Part shown: positions 1-12,790 of the stretch, in pieces
How positions within the stretch are numbered: the stretch's first letter is position 1
Layout: each line of letters opens with the position of its first letter
Assembly (NCBI GenBank): GCA_030390025.1
Contig: CM059432.1
Location: 34,412,001 to 34,476,000, forward strand
Reading direction: 5' to 3'
Length of the DNA: 64,000 bases
Source: Squalus acanthias
Lineage: Eukaryota
The notes under the pieces: model-generated
Databases searched by the model: none
Told to the model about the DNA's origin: nothing
Seen by the model: the letters and a program-made list of their open reading frames with translations, nothing else
Made by a program: the position numbers and the translations under genes

Positions 1-584
1 CCGCCCAATCTTTAATGTTCATCTTTTGTCATGTTTTGGCGCTCAAACTTCTTGTATGGGGTGGTACTTGTCGTTAATGGGTTACGGTGACACTTGTAAC
101 TGTCTGAGTACCCGTTAATATTTCTCCCATTGTGGAACCGGCTAGTAGTCTCCCTGGAGGGGTTTTGGGGGCTTCCAAATGCTTGCTGTGAGTACCCGCG
201 AACGGCTCTCTCATCGTAGAGCCGTGGGGAATTTGCATATCAATGTCTTTGGATGGGTCCTTGATCGCCCAGTACAATAGCCCTCGTTTGTACCTGGAAA
301 ACCGATTCCAGTATTTATGTTTAAAATGCAAACCCATCGCGTCTTGTCATTATCTCAAATGTGCTGAGTCCTGTCCGATCTTGCTGAAATGTTTATTGAA
401 AACGCCATCTTGTCTGCCTACTGAAAGTCTAGAACCTTCTGCCACGAGGCGTGGCGGCCATTTTACAGGCTGTTTGTGTCCGTTTTGAAACCTGACAGCA
501 TTCTGCTGAAATAAAGCTGTTTGTACGAAACTTTATGTCTCCTTCTCATTATTATAAAATCGCGATAATTTTGCGAATTCTACA
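1..584 (+). mobile_element. 3' part of a long LTR (diverged relative of the solo LTR at 29789-31492), truncated by the window edge
   Basis: Ends ...cgcgataattttgcgaattcTACA and has AATAAA near 509. It aligns by eye to the reverse complement of about 29789-30380, and CR1 sequence begins right after the terminal CA. Confidence 0.75.
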
Positions 585-1232
585 GGGGATTGTCCTGAGG
601 AGAGATTGAGTAGACTGGGCCTGTATTCTCTAGAGTTTAGAGGAATGAGAGGTGATCTCATTGAAACATACACAATTCTTACAGGGCTTGACAGGGTAGA
701 TGCAGGGAGGATGTTTCCCCTGGCTGGGGAGTCTAGAACCAGGGGTCACAGTCTCAGAATAAGATGTCAGCCATTTAGAACTGAGATGAGGAAACATTTC
801 TTCACTCAGAGGGTGGTGAATCTTTGGAATTTTCTACCCCATAGGCTGTGGATGCTCAGTCGTTGAGTATATTCAAGATGCGGAGATGCCGGTGTTGGAC
901 TGGGGTGGACAAAAATGAGAAGTCGCACAACACCAGGTTATAGTCCAACAGTTTTATTTGAAATCACAAGCTTTCGGAGCTGTTGCTCCTTCGTCGGGTG
1001 AAGTCGACGAAGGAGCAACAGCTCCGAAAGCTTGTGATTTCAAATAAAACTGTTGGACTATAACCGAGTATATTCAAGGCAGAGATCGATAGATTTTTGG
1101 ATATTAAGGGATATGGGGATAGTGCAGGAAAGTGAAGTTGAGGTAGAAGATCAGCCATGATCTTATTGAATGGCGGAGCAGGCTCGAAGGGCTAAATGGC
1201 CTAATCTTGCTCCTATTTTTTATGTTCTTATG
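585..1232 (+). mobile_element. CR1 (HER1-like) LINE 3' fragment, interrupted by a PLE insertion
   Basis: Encodes the CR1 ORF2 C-terminus (LGLYSLEFRGMRGDLIETY...FFTQRVVNLWN) and ends in the tatgttct tail. Confidence 0.9.
878..1065 (-). mobile_element. Penelope-like element 3' remnant with a perfect inverted repeat and a variant hammerhead core
   Basis: 13-bp TSD gagtatattcaag (865-877, 1066-1078). Inverted arms are 61 bp (936-996, 1005-1065) with an 8-nt loop. The minus strand reads cCGACGA-aggagcaacagctcc-GAAA. Confidence 0.8.
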
Positions 1233-2111
1233 TCTCCTCCAAGGCGATAAGGTGAGGCTAGGAATGGGAGATGTGCCTTGTAATTGATACAGATTGTTGG
1301 TAGGTGAGTGATGGCGGGTGCGGCGGGGGGCGGTGGGAGTCGTGCACTGAGCAGTGTGTGAGGCTAGTGATGCACTTGTTAGGAGACGGCTTTTGAAGAT
1401 GCATTCACTGATATTGACCAGTGGTCTCAGGTCATGAAGCTTCTTTGGGCACTGTGACCAGGTGGTGGGAGTGACACTGCTGGTAGTGAGGGCTTTAGTG
1501 ATGTGGTTCCACAATGTTCTTTCTGGAGGACGTTCTGGCCCCTGTGGGTAGAGCAACTCTCTTGCAGTGTTGATCCCCTGCACAAAACTGGAGTGCTGCG
1601 TGCGAGACCCTGGGTGCCCATTCCCTGGCTTGCTGGGCTATTTGTGTTCATGCTGAAGCACTTTTACCATTGTTTTAGATGTGAAAGACAATTCAGCTTT
1701 AAGAGCTGAAGACTGCCATTTGGGAATTATTTTTAATGTTTATGTTTACTGTGAAAGGCAGTAAGGGCTGAAAATGCATTTTTTCACTTGATTTTAATTT
1801 TTATTAATTTTGAATGCATTGCCCCTTTTGTTTGTAGCCCCTTTAATTGCTCACAATGGCTTGCGAACTCCACAGCCTCGCTCCCAAAGGCTGTAAGAAG
1901 CAGCAACGCCGACTGTGGACGGGAACTTCAGGTCGAAGGCCTGCATTAACGCCACCAGGAGGGCGTTGCACAGTAACTTAGTGCTGCGCTCCACATCGCC
2001 AACCTATAGAGCCAATTTTTCAACGTTAGCGCTGCGGCCATTTTGGGCGGCCGTTAACTCAAGTTGCCGGTGACACCAGCAATTCTGTTGGCGCACACAA
2101 ATTTTCCCCCC
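1233..2111. mobile_element. Harbinger remnant (Myb/SANT exon-1 relic on - strand, one terminus)
   Basis: Minus-strand peptide ...TWSQCPKKLHDLRPLV resembles ...TRCRKKFNDLTWVV of the Harbinger Myb exon at 17500-17742. Ends aattttcccccc like other Harbinger termini here. Confidence 0.6.
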
Positions 2112-2690
2112 TAAAAGTTGTGGAGGAACAAAGGGATTTAGATATCCATGTACACAAATTACGAAAAGCTAGTGCACAGGTACAAAATGTCATCATAAAG
2201 GATAACGGAATGTTGACATTTATTTCAAGGGGTTTGAAATACAAAGGGGAGGAAGTTACACTTTAGCCTTGGTCAGACCCCATCTGGAGAACTGCATTCA
2301 GTTTTGGACAGCATAACTGAGGAAGGATATATTGGCCTTGGAGGGGGTGCAGTGCAGATTCATCAGAATGATACCAGAGCTTAAAGGGTTAAATTATGAA
2401 GACAGCTTGCATAAACCTGGCTTGTGTTCCGTTGAGTTTAGAAGATTGAGACGTGTTCTAATCGAGGATTCAATAGAGTAGATACAGAGAAACTATCTGC
2501 TCTGGTGGAGGAATCCAAAACAAGGGGGCACAATTGGATTAGAATTAGAGCCAGGCCATTCATGAGTGAAATCAGGAAGCACTTTTTTCACACAAAGGGT
2601 AGTGGGAATCTGGAATTCTCTCCCCCCAAAAGGCTGTGGATGCTGGGTCAATTGAAATTTTCAAGACTGAGATTGATAGCGTTTTGTTAG
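2112..2690 (+). mobile_element. Degenerate CR1 ORF2 3' fragment
   Basis: EESKTRGHN..IRARPF.SEIRKHFF motif and DNA similarity to other CR1 copies. Confidence 0.85.
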
Positions 2691-2954
2691 GTGTCTCGTG
2701 AAGTCAGTCTCAACCTAAGCACGAGTCCACAGCCAAGGTTCAGCACTAAATTAGGAACCCCTTTAGCCCACAAGGTGTGCAAGGTGGAGAACCCATTACT
2801 GGGGGCAATAGAGGCCGCTTTTCTGAAGCTGGGGATTAAGCTATGTTTATCTGAAAAATCAGGAGGACCACAATTTTGAGCTCGCTGATCTCTGTGCTAC
2901 ATTGTCCAATCTGTACCCCCATCGCTGAAGGCGCTGTGTTAGGTACAGAGACTA

Positions 2955-4631
2955 AGGGCTGGATTTTAATGGCCCTGAGGAGGTGGGTTTGGAGGCGTGT
3001 CAGCTGCGAAAATCAGAAAAAATGGCTTCAGACGCCCAACCCGCCTCCATCCCGCCCCCACGCGATTTTCGTGAGTGTCGGGTCAGCCGCTCCCAAACTG
3101 ACCCGACTCCAATTGGTGGGGCAGGTAGTTAAGGTAGTTAAGAACCTGTTAACTGCCTTGATAATCCTATTTTTAATAGAGGTTTCCCATTTTCGTGCCT
3201 CTGGCTCCTGTTTCCCGTCTTGTCAGAAACAGTCCAGCTGCAAGGAGATGAGTTGGTGGAGGACATGATCTGTAGTCATTATTGGTGCAGAACTTTAAAA
3301 GTGCTCCTGTACCATGGCTGACATTCAAATGCAACAACTTTGTTGTTGGAGGTCTGGGATAAGATTTTGCAAATCTACTGACCTTGTGACTGGTCAAGCT
3401 GACACACATCTGCTGTTTGAACTGATGGGAATAATTTAAGGCCACTTTGATTGTGTGCTTGCAAGCTTCTTGCCTCAACTGACATCTATAACAACGGGAT
3501 GGGAACCATTTACATCCTCTCATCCTGGTCATCAGATTCGGAGGAAGAGCAGCGCGGCTTAGTGCTGCCAGATGAACAAGTGGCTCAGCGCACAGCCTCC
3601 TTGGAGGAAGAAGAAGAGGACGAGGAGGAGGACGGGGAGTGATGCCTTGTGGGGCCGGATGTGGCCAATCCAGCAGCAGGCGATCACATTGCTGGCCGTC
3701 AGGCAAGGGATGCACTCAGCCATGCCAGATTCGCGTAAGCTAACGCTTCAACCACAGGTGGCTGGCACATGGAGATGAATATAAGTCTGACAGTCTCAAA
3801 CCCCAGGCATCATCTGTCCAATAAATGGTGGTTTGTGCTCAGTGTCACCACTATCATTCTACATGTAAATCTCCCTGAGCCCTCACTCTTGAACTTCCAT
3901 TTCCCAGAACACAGAGGCCACACTTTAGGTGATCTCAGCAGATCATTAAACCTTTTTCAACACTAAACCCATGTGCGTCTGCACACAAATCTCGAGCTCA
4001 CCTCCTCAGCAATTTGCAGCCAAGCTGCCTTGGTTTGCTGAGGAGGCCTCCTCCTTCCGTTTCCAGGGAAGAGGAGCTCCTGACGTCCTCTAACTCCCTC
4101 AACAAGAGCATGGAGGGAGCCCTCATTGAACCTGGCTGCAGCCTTAGTTTTTGGGGCTACCATTCCTGCAGCTCCCAGCACCTTTAAGAGAAAAAAGCAT
4201 TAATATTACTAAGCAAATGATTGGAACACATCTGGCATCTTTTTCATTTCATAGTCAGATAATAAAGTCATATATAAAAAAATCATGAATCTCTTTCTGG
4301 AATAATATGACCAGCAATATCATTCATTAAATTTTGCTCAGAACAGATGCTGTCAACTCCCCTTTCAAGATAATAAAGCACCAAGCCATCCCAATGACAT
4401 TTGTATGCAAAAGGGACATGGCCCCTTTAAACTTTCAAACAAACAACGCGTCATCAGACGCGAGAAACTGACATCCTCCAAGCAATTGCCTGGAGGGACC
4501 CGCACGTCGGCCGTAACGAGGCCAATGAAGCCATAATCAGAAGTGTTGGGAGGCGGCAGCCGGGAGCGGGTCTGAAAGCTGCCGAGCAGCGGGCCCGCCC
4601 TCAACCCGCCTCCGTTATTAAAATCGAGCCC
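2955..4631. mobile_element. Internally deleted Harbinger element
   Basis: Ends gggctggatttt / aaaatcgagccc. The + strand has a transposase N-terminus joined to an acidic C-terminus ending ARDALSHARFA*. The - strand has a Myb/SANT exon (ARFNEGSLHALVEGVRGRQELLF...AWLQIAEEVS...RFNDL) at about 3930-4165. Confidence 0.7.
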
Positions 4632-5003
4632 TCGCAGTTTCAAGTTTTAAGGTTATATAAGCACCTTGGGAGTGCTTTACCCTAAAACTGGGTGACAAAG
4701 TGGGAGAAAAGTCCCGTTCCAAGCAATGAATCCGACTTAACAGACAAAAAAACCCTACTGGATCCAACAGGGCCAAATAAGTAGCTAATCTCAAGTGTTA
4801 AATGGAATGAGCTGTCACACATTGTCATGTTGTTTCAAAGTAATCCACCGCTTGTTTATTGTTAGTTCACTTCTAATCCTCATCTGCTGTCAGGCAATAA
4901 ACTTGACTAGGGATGAATGCCAACAGAGGCTTTTCCAATGTCAGGAGAACTGAGTCAATCCAACTACACTTCAACCACTCTAGTGGGGCAACTGACACTT
5001 TGA

Positions 5004-5990
5004 GGGGAACTTTAACCCCCCCAAAACGGGTGGGTTTGCATCAGGTGGGATGTTAAAATGTTAAAAATCTTTAACCCAAACCCAACCCATCTAGAACCCG
5101 CCCACTTCTGGTTATACGGAGACGGGATGAGGGGTGGGCAACTAACCCGCTCCCAGGAGACGGGTTGGTCATTTGAATATTATAATGAGGCTGCGTGCCT
5201 CAGATTTAATCTCCATTTTAAATTTAACCCTGGCCTCAGGAAAACATGCAGCTAAAGGGTGGCGAGCACTGCTGGATCCTGCAGGTAAGTTTCTTTCCAC
5301 TTACTTGCTAGATCCAGCTTATCTGCTTCCGCAACCCCACCCTCCATGATAGGATCCCCCTCCCCCGAGCCATGATGTCCCAAGAGCCACAATCTCCCAC
5401 CTCTGCCCCCAGTATTTCCAATCCCTCCCTCCCTCCTCTGCGCTCCCCAGCTGTGGCCTCCGGTCTCCCCCTGACCCTTCCCATCTACCCCCACCCCCTC
5501 CACCAACCCTTCCGATCTTCCCCCATGACCATTCCAAGCTCTCCCCGAGGCCTCCGATCTTCCCCCAACACCGGCCTCCAATCTTCCCCCGACACTGGCC
5601 TCCGATCTTCCCCGACACTGGCCTCCGATCTTCCCCCGACACCGGCCTCCAATCTTCCCCTGACACTGGCCTCCGATCTTCCCCCGACACCGGCCTCCGA
5701 TCTTCCCCCGACACCGGCCTACGATCTTCCCCCGACACCGGCCTCCGATCTTCCCCCGACACCGGCCTACGATCTTCCCCCGACACCGGCCTCCGATCTT
5801 CCCCTGACACCGGCCTCCGATCTTCCCCTGACACCGGCCTCCGATCTTCCCCCGACACCGGCCTCCGATCTTCCCCTGACACTGGCCTCTGATCTGCCCC
5901 CCATCTGGCCATTCCAATCCCTCCCTCCTCTCCGGCAGGAGTGAGGGAAACCCATGCTTCCACTAAACTGTACCCCCGCCTCCAAGCTAG
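5004..5990 (+). mobile_element. Putative Harbinger-type MITE (same family as 41396-42350) containing a minisatellite
   Basis: Starts ggggaactttaacccc. Positions 5250-5292 match the reverse complement of 42109-42152. Confidence 0.55.
5550..5900. repeat. 24-bp C-rich minisatellite (cctccgatcttcccccgacaccgg), about 14 units
   Basis: Tandem repeat visible directly. Confidence 0.95.
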
Positions 5991-7269
5991 GCCTTGGTCC
6001 TAGAGATTACATTCTGTTCAATAGTAGGGGATGAGTGTCTAACACTTTCCTATGACATTACTATTAGCAATTCTGAAGTAGAAATTAATATGTGCCGCTA
6101 GTCCAACGCAAACTGGGTGCAGCGAATGATCCTTGCGCCCGCAAAGGGAGGCCCAAGGCCCGATCAAAATAAGGCCTCAGGATTCATCTGAATAATTGGG
6201 GCGAGATGCCGGCGACTGTCGCACCTCCAGAAGCAGCTTGCTCATGTTGAGGAATACAATTTGTTGGGAGGCGAGGGAAGGAGAACAGGAGGGGAGCGAT
6301 TGTGGGCCAGTAGCGACCTCAGGAACGCTGTGGTGTCCTCTCCACCCTCTCCAAGGCCTTGACATTGTTCCTAAGTTGTGGTGCCCAGAATTGGACATAA
6401 TACTCCAATTCTCACAATGTTCTGTCCAATGTTCCTCTCTTAACCAACATCACCAAAATAAGGGCCAATTTGAACTTACGGCAGGAAACCGAGAGTGGAT
6501 GTCAATCCTGCCCTGGTGTCTTTGTCAGAGGACCTGCAGATTTTAACTGTCGAACCTCATCTGAATACTGCCAGTCAGCTGCTTGCCTGTTTTGGGCAGA
6601 AAATGGCAGCTGGCCAGCAGAGAGGCAGGGGACAAAGATTGCATGTACCAAAATATGAACAGGAAATGCCTATCGGGCCCATTAGGCACATCTATTGTTC
6701 AGAGATCAACCCCACCTACCCTTTCTGTCACCGCGGTCGATTTTCCCCCGACACTGGCCTCTGATCTACCCCCCATCTGGCTATTCCAATCCCTCCCTCC
6801 TCTCCGGCTGGACCTGAGGGAAACCCATGCTTGATTTGGAAAATCAAGGGGCAAAAGGGAGGGAGAAACTTAAAACAATCACTATCACTAGAGAAAAAGT
6901 ACTAGGCAAACTAATGGGACTAAAGGCTGACAAGTCCCCTGGACCTAATGGACTGCAGTGGTTCAAGAAGGTGGCTCACCACCACCTTCTCAAGCGCAAT
7001 TAGGGATGGGCAATAAATGCTGGCCTTGCCAGCGACGCCCACATTCCATAAACGAATTTTTTTTAAATCCAACTCTTGAGCACCAAACCCTACAAGAATC
7101 CCAAAAAATCTTTCCACTCACAGCCCTTATATTTGGTTGGGGGGGAATCAGTTTTATTCATTTTAAATTCTAATTCAATTCTGATTTAACATTCCACCTT
7201 CAATGCCACCCCTTCTATCGCATTAGCTCAGGACCCAGTGTGAGCTCAGCCTAGTCCTGTCCCTATAAA

Positions 7270-8167
7270 GGAAGCAGATTCAATAATAACTTTCAAAAGA
7301 GGATTGGATAAATACTTGAAGGGTAAAAATTTACAGGGCTATGGGGAAAGAGCAGGGGGAGTGGGACTAATTGGATAGCTCTACCAAAGAGCCAGCACAG
7401 GCACGATGGGCCAAATGTTGTGTAATTCCATGATTCTATGATTAACCACCATATTTCCTAAATGGTGAGAAACTAGGTATTGCAGAGGAGTGAAGAGTTT
7501 TGCTGGGTCCAAGTACACAAATCACTTAAAGTTAGTAAACAGGTACAAAAAGCAATAGAAAAAGCTAATGGAATGTTGTCCTTTTACTCAATGGGCCTGG
7601 ATTACAAAGTTGAGGAAGTTATGCTTGTCAGACCCTATCTGGAGTACTGCGTTTAGTTTCGGGCACCGCTCCTCATGGGCTTGGATGCAGTGCAGATTCA
7701 CCAAAATGATACCCGGGATTAGAGGGTTAAATTATGAGGGCAGGTTTCATACACTTGCCTTGTATTCCCTTGAGTATAGTAGATTGAGGGGTGATCTGAT
7801 CTAAGTTTTTAAAATGTTAAAAGGATTCAATAGGGTAGATACAGAGAAACTATTTCTTCTGGTGGGGGAATCAAGAACGAAGGATCATAATCTTAAAATT
7901 AGAGCTAGGCCATTTAGGAGGGAAATCAAGAAGAAATTTTTCACACAAAGGGAAATAGAAATATGGAATTTTCGCCCCCAAAAGGCTGTAGATACTGGGA
8001 CAATTGGATCTTTCAAGATTGAGATTGATAGATATTTGTTAGATAAAGGTATCAAGGAATATGGAACTGAGGTGGTAAATGGAGTTGAAGTATAGATCAG
8101 CCATGATCTAATTGAATGAAGGAGTAGGCTCGTGGGGTTAAATGGGTTTCATTTGTTCCTGTGTTCC
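7270..8167 (+). mobile_element. Two adjacent CR1 3' fragments
   Basis: CR1 ORF2 C-terminal motifs (RLRGDLI, FFTQR..EIWN) and CR1 3' tails near 7440 and 8165. Confidence 0.85.
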
Positions 8168-8267
8168 TCCCGCAGCAATGAAAGGGTGGCCATTTTGGAT
8201 CTGACACTGCAAGCAACCAGCCCTTTCCTATCATGCACTTGATGTGGCACCACAATAGCCTCTAGTT

Positions 8268-8667
8268 CAGGGGTTCCCAAACTGTGGTACGCGTACCCCT
8301 GGTGGTATGCAAGACATCTCTGGGGGGTACGTGGGAGAAATTGTCTAATAGAGTCATAATGGTGGATTTTATTTATTAATTATTTTATTTATTTATTGCA
8401 TTTTTACAATAGGCTACTCAGACGAAGCTTTAAAACTCTGGGAATTTGTTATATAAAGTAGTAAATTTACTTCAAGATGTACCAATGAGAACACAGATAC
8501 ACAGAGACGATGACGTACAGAGCCCTCACATCCAATCACCGTACACTACAGCGAGGTTTCAGTTGCCCAGCAACTGTCTAGTCTAAAACCTATATGCTTG
8601 TAGAGGTACGCAGGCAGCTGGTAGATCTAGAAGGGGGTATGCAATAAGCAAAGTTTGGAAACTTACG
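8268..8667. mobile_element. hAT (Charlie/Buster-type) MITE
   Basis: Imperfect TIR caggggttcccaaact / agtttggaaacttacg. 8-bp TSD ctctagtt / ctgtagtt with central TA. Confidence 0.75.
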
Positions 8668-9274
8668 CTGTAGTTCTTTTGAATAAATTATGATTTATAA
8701 AGTTAATGGATGGATCCTAATGCTGGAAAATAGAAATCATTTTAATGATTATTTCAGTTAAAAATACTTTCTTTAGCCTTTTTATATTGCATCACTTTTA
8801 AAAACTATTAGCAGATCTCCTGTGGCATTGCTCAGTGAGTCAGAGGATGCACTTTTCATAAAGACAGTTTTTGACTATGTAATGTACTATGTATTATTCT
8901 GCTGCATCAATAAAGCAGATTATCTGGTCATTATCTCATTGCTGTTTGTGGGAACTTGCTGTGCACAAATTGGCTTCTGCATTTCTTACATTACGACAGT
9001 GACTACACTTCAAAAGTACTTCATTGGCTGTAAAGCACTTTGGGATGTCCTGAGGTCATGAAAGATACTATATAAATGCAAGTCTTTCTTATTACTAAAG
9101 GACACTGTCTACCTTTAGGACCACAATGTGTCACTCCTGTTACGTTAACACGAAGTGAAGTCAGTCAGAGTTTAACTGCAGATTGGAATATGCTTGTTAA
9201 TTTCAGCGTTCAGGTTAATGACTGGTTTTCTCTCTCTTTTTTTAATTAAAATTATTTTGCGTTTGTAACGAAGT

Positions 9275-9450
9275 GTGATATCTGGTGCGTGACATCTAGT
9301 GTGTGATGTGTGACAGCTGGAGTGTGATGTCTTGTGTGTGACATCTGGTACATGCGATGTCTGGAGTATGTTGCCTAGTGTGTGACGCTGGAGTCTGATG
9401 TTTGGAATATGTTGTCAGGTGTGTGACGTCTGGAATGATGTCTGGACTGT
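9275..9450. repeat. Degenerate short-period repeat (gtgtgacatctg-like)
   Basis: Visible directly. Confidence 0.7.
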
Positions 9451-10840
9451 TACGGTCTTATCTAAACACAAGACTTTTATGTACACAAATGGCATTTGCG
9501 ATGCATTTGTAACCTGTTATTGTTAGCAGAGATCTGTGCAAGGGAAAATGTAAATTAAAATATGTCCAAAAAAAGTAAGAGTCTGAATTCTGGTCAATCA
9601 CTCACTTAACCAAAGTACCATCTACTGTCACTGTAATAAATTGTACACCAAAAAGGAATTAAAATAGATTCCTGTCAAAACTGTTTAGAACAGGAGGCTA
9701 TTAATACAATTTAAGTGGTAATTCAATCCTCTTCCTACTAGGTTCAAATTGAAATTTCAGCAGTTAGGTTGGGTCTGGCTGAGATTCCTGGCTCCCGTTC
9801 AAAGTTGACAGCCACAAGGAATCTTCAGGTGTGGAATGAAGCGAGGCTGCTGCTCATATAACAGTAACTCTTTCGATGCCAAACCCAGAGACAGGATGAA
9901 GAGAATACCAGATTGAACTGTCCGCCATAGGAACCCTGTCATCCAGCGAGGCTTTGTCCTCTGGATCAGATGTGAAACCAAAGCTCCATCTGCCTGGCCC
10001 AGTGGTTCCAATGGACATTAACGGTGCCACTGCCACTGCCAATGCCAGCTTGGGATGTTTGCTGCTTTAAAGGTGCTATAGAAATGCAAATTGTTTTGGT
10101 TGTCATCATCTGGGCCAGCTTTCCTCAGCCAACACTACCAAAATTAGATTAACCTATCTTTATTTGTCTGCTGTCTGTGGGATCTTACTGTGTGAAAATT
10201 GTTGCCTATATAACAATAGTGACCATATGTCAAAGATTCATTCATTGGCTTTCAAGCATTTTGGGATGTCCTGGTGATATGAAAGATGCTATAGCACTGT
10301 ATAGATGCAAATTCTTTCTACAGTGTAGCCAGATACAGTGTAAAGCTCCATCTGCTTTACAGCAACAATGTGCTTTAACCCCAACCTCATAAAACGCCCC
10401 AATTGCCTCTGTGATTTATTTTTCATCCTCATGACCTCTACGAGGAAAATTTGCCAACTTAGTGTGTTAGTGTCGAACTATGGGCAAGCTTACACCGTGG
10501 AACTCCACCAACTGGTTGTGATTGTCCTAAATTTATTTCGTGCAGTGATGTTACAGCCAGCCAAGAGAGAAGACTTTCAACCTATCAGCTTGGGTTGGAT
10601 GCCAGAAGGCGCAAGGACAATGTGTTAACCCATCTGCAGCAGTAACTGTCGTGCCCAGTCACCAAAGTATTGAAGAGTGGAATAAATAGTATTGGAGTTG
10701 AGCAAGCTGGTCAGGATTTGAAAGGAAAGATGCATTGATAATGGACCTGGTTCATATTTGAGAGTTGGACAGGCTGTGTCTCAAATGGAGCCCATGGTAC
10801 TTGGGAGCAGTCCAGGCCATGTTGACAATAAAGAGGCTGG

Positions 10841-11019
10841 AGGTGAAATTGGATTTGGGCAGCAGGGCAAAATGGACAATAGCGAATCGGCAGCCCCTTT
10901 TTTACACCCCTCCTGATTTACCTTTCCATTGTGGAAAAGAAAAATCGGCCGGGGTGTAATACGGGCTGTCGATTCGCTAACACCCATCGTGCGCTCACAC
11001 CCAAGACCAATTTCACCCC
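10841..11019. mobile_element. Short Harbinger-type MITE
   Basis: Inverted ends ggtgaaattgg.ttgg / ccaagaccaatttcacc. Confidence 0.55.
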
Positions 11020-12426
11020 TGACGGCTCATATTTGAGGCTATGCCAGGCTGTGTACTTGGCAGAGAACAATGTCATTCACTGACTTTTTGTCGAGTGCCA
11101 ATGTCACCAGCCAATGTCTTGCTGGAGGGTCAGTGGGTAATGTTGCGACACAGCATCACAGAGTCATGTGCTGTGGATCTGCAGCTACATATCGCCTACG
11201 CGATATGTGAGCACCTGATTTCAATCGTGCCGCCATAAGCAGTGGTCAGTTGGGGACCAAGCACAGAACGAGAAAGAAGTAGTAACATTTTTGGAGATAT
11301 AGTTCTAATAATTAGTTCTATTTTAATAGGACCCTTCCACTCAGTCTGTGGATTCTGGGACAACCTGAGCTTCTTGCAACACTTCCTCGCCCTCATTTGC
11401 TGGGCAGCAAGAACAGGAGAGTGAACAGTACTGATCCCAGCTCGGTGAACATGCTCAGAGCTGGGCCAGCAATGAGTGCAAGACCGGACACACAGGGAGC
11501 AGCAAATCTTCTGAGGGCCACAAGAGAGGGTTGAGGTGGGCCACAAATAGGTCTGGGGCTGTATTATAAGAATCACTGTGATAGAATAACCAGTATGGGC
11601 CAAGCTGTGTTGACGGAACAGGAGGGAGTGTTTACCTCACAAGCAGCTGCATAAACAGTGTAGGCTTCCCCCCACATGAGCAGTGTGCATCTCCAGTGCT
11701 GCAGCTGAAGTCATGCATGCAACAGTCACCTTTTCTGCTTTTCCACAATTTATTTTCCTTGGCAGTACATTGTTGTGCTTTACTGTAGATGGTCCCTTTG
11801 TTTTTATTGGCCAAATGCCATCTAGGTGTGGTACGGGTTATTTATACAAACGGTAACCCTGTTATTATATCTATAATGCTTCATGTTGGCCAAATTAAAA
11901 GCACAACCTTTCAAACGCTTGTGTGCTCAGAAAGATTACAAGATCTTGCCCAAGACTTCAATACAATGAAGCACCTTACCATCATTAATTTTCCATTCCT
12001 CCAACATTGTACAGGATTTTAAAACGCAAGCCTCACGTCACCTAACCACTATTTGATTTGCTTCACCCTCTCTCCTATTCTTTTCGACCTCATTACTGCC
12101 TTTCTCTGTATCGGGGGGCTTGATTTATTTACCGAGGCTTCACGATAAAATGAAAGTTTGCTCCAATTGTTATAAAGAGATTACCTACTTTCCATATCTG
12201 GAGATACCTACCTTTGCCATCGCCGCTTCACCAGGAAAGCAGTCTCCAAGTCGTGTCAGAATTATCTGTAACAGGGGCGGCCCTGTCCATTTTAAGTGAA
12301 AGTCACTACAGCATTGAACTCCTATGCCACTAGATCCATTCAAGCCACCAGTGGTGACATTTGCTAAATCAGTCAGACGGCGATCCCTGAAGCTTTGTTT
12401 GCCAGGGAAGTGGATACATCACCTTC

Positions 12427-12790
12427 CATAAGAACATAGGAATTGCCAGACGAAAATAACCAAGGTCCATCTAGTTCGTCTTCTACCATCCTGACAGTCG
12501 CATGATACCTGTATAACAATAATGGAGTTGTTGACTAATCATAGCAATCAATCTCTATCAATTAGTCTACAACAGACCCAGACATGACACGAGGAAAACC
12601 CCAGTGGTGGAGAGTCCAGTCACTTGTTCCTTCCAAGCAGGCTACATTTACCATATGTCATGTCTCAAATTATTCATATACTGTATACCAAAATGTTATT
12701 TTCTGAAATAAATCTATCTAATTTGCATTTGAATGAATCAATTCTAACTGCTTCCACCGTCTCCCTAGGGAGCCTGTTCCATAGATTGTC
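12427..12790 (-). mobile_element. CR1 3' end (same subfamily as 24710-26350)
   Basis: cataagaacatag tail; about 12520-12790 is highly similar to 24712-24990. Confidence 0.7.

Noticed and set aside
5252..5985. Pro/Gly-rich ORFs here and at 41318-42041
   Set aside because: Translations of 24-bp and 39-bp minisatellites, open in several frames.
9780..10070. Frame with three in-frame TGA codons ending in CLLL (selenoprotein or CAAX idea)
   Set aside because: The 3' half resembles a decayed Deu-SINE and its tail; no SECIS or good splice acceptor was seen.
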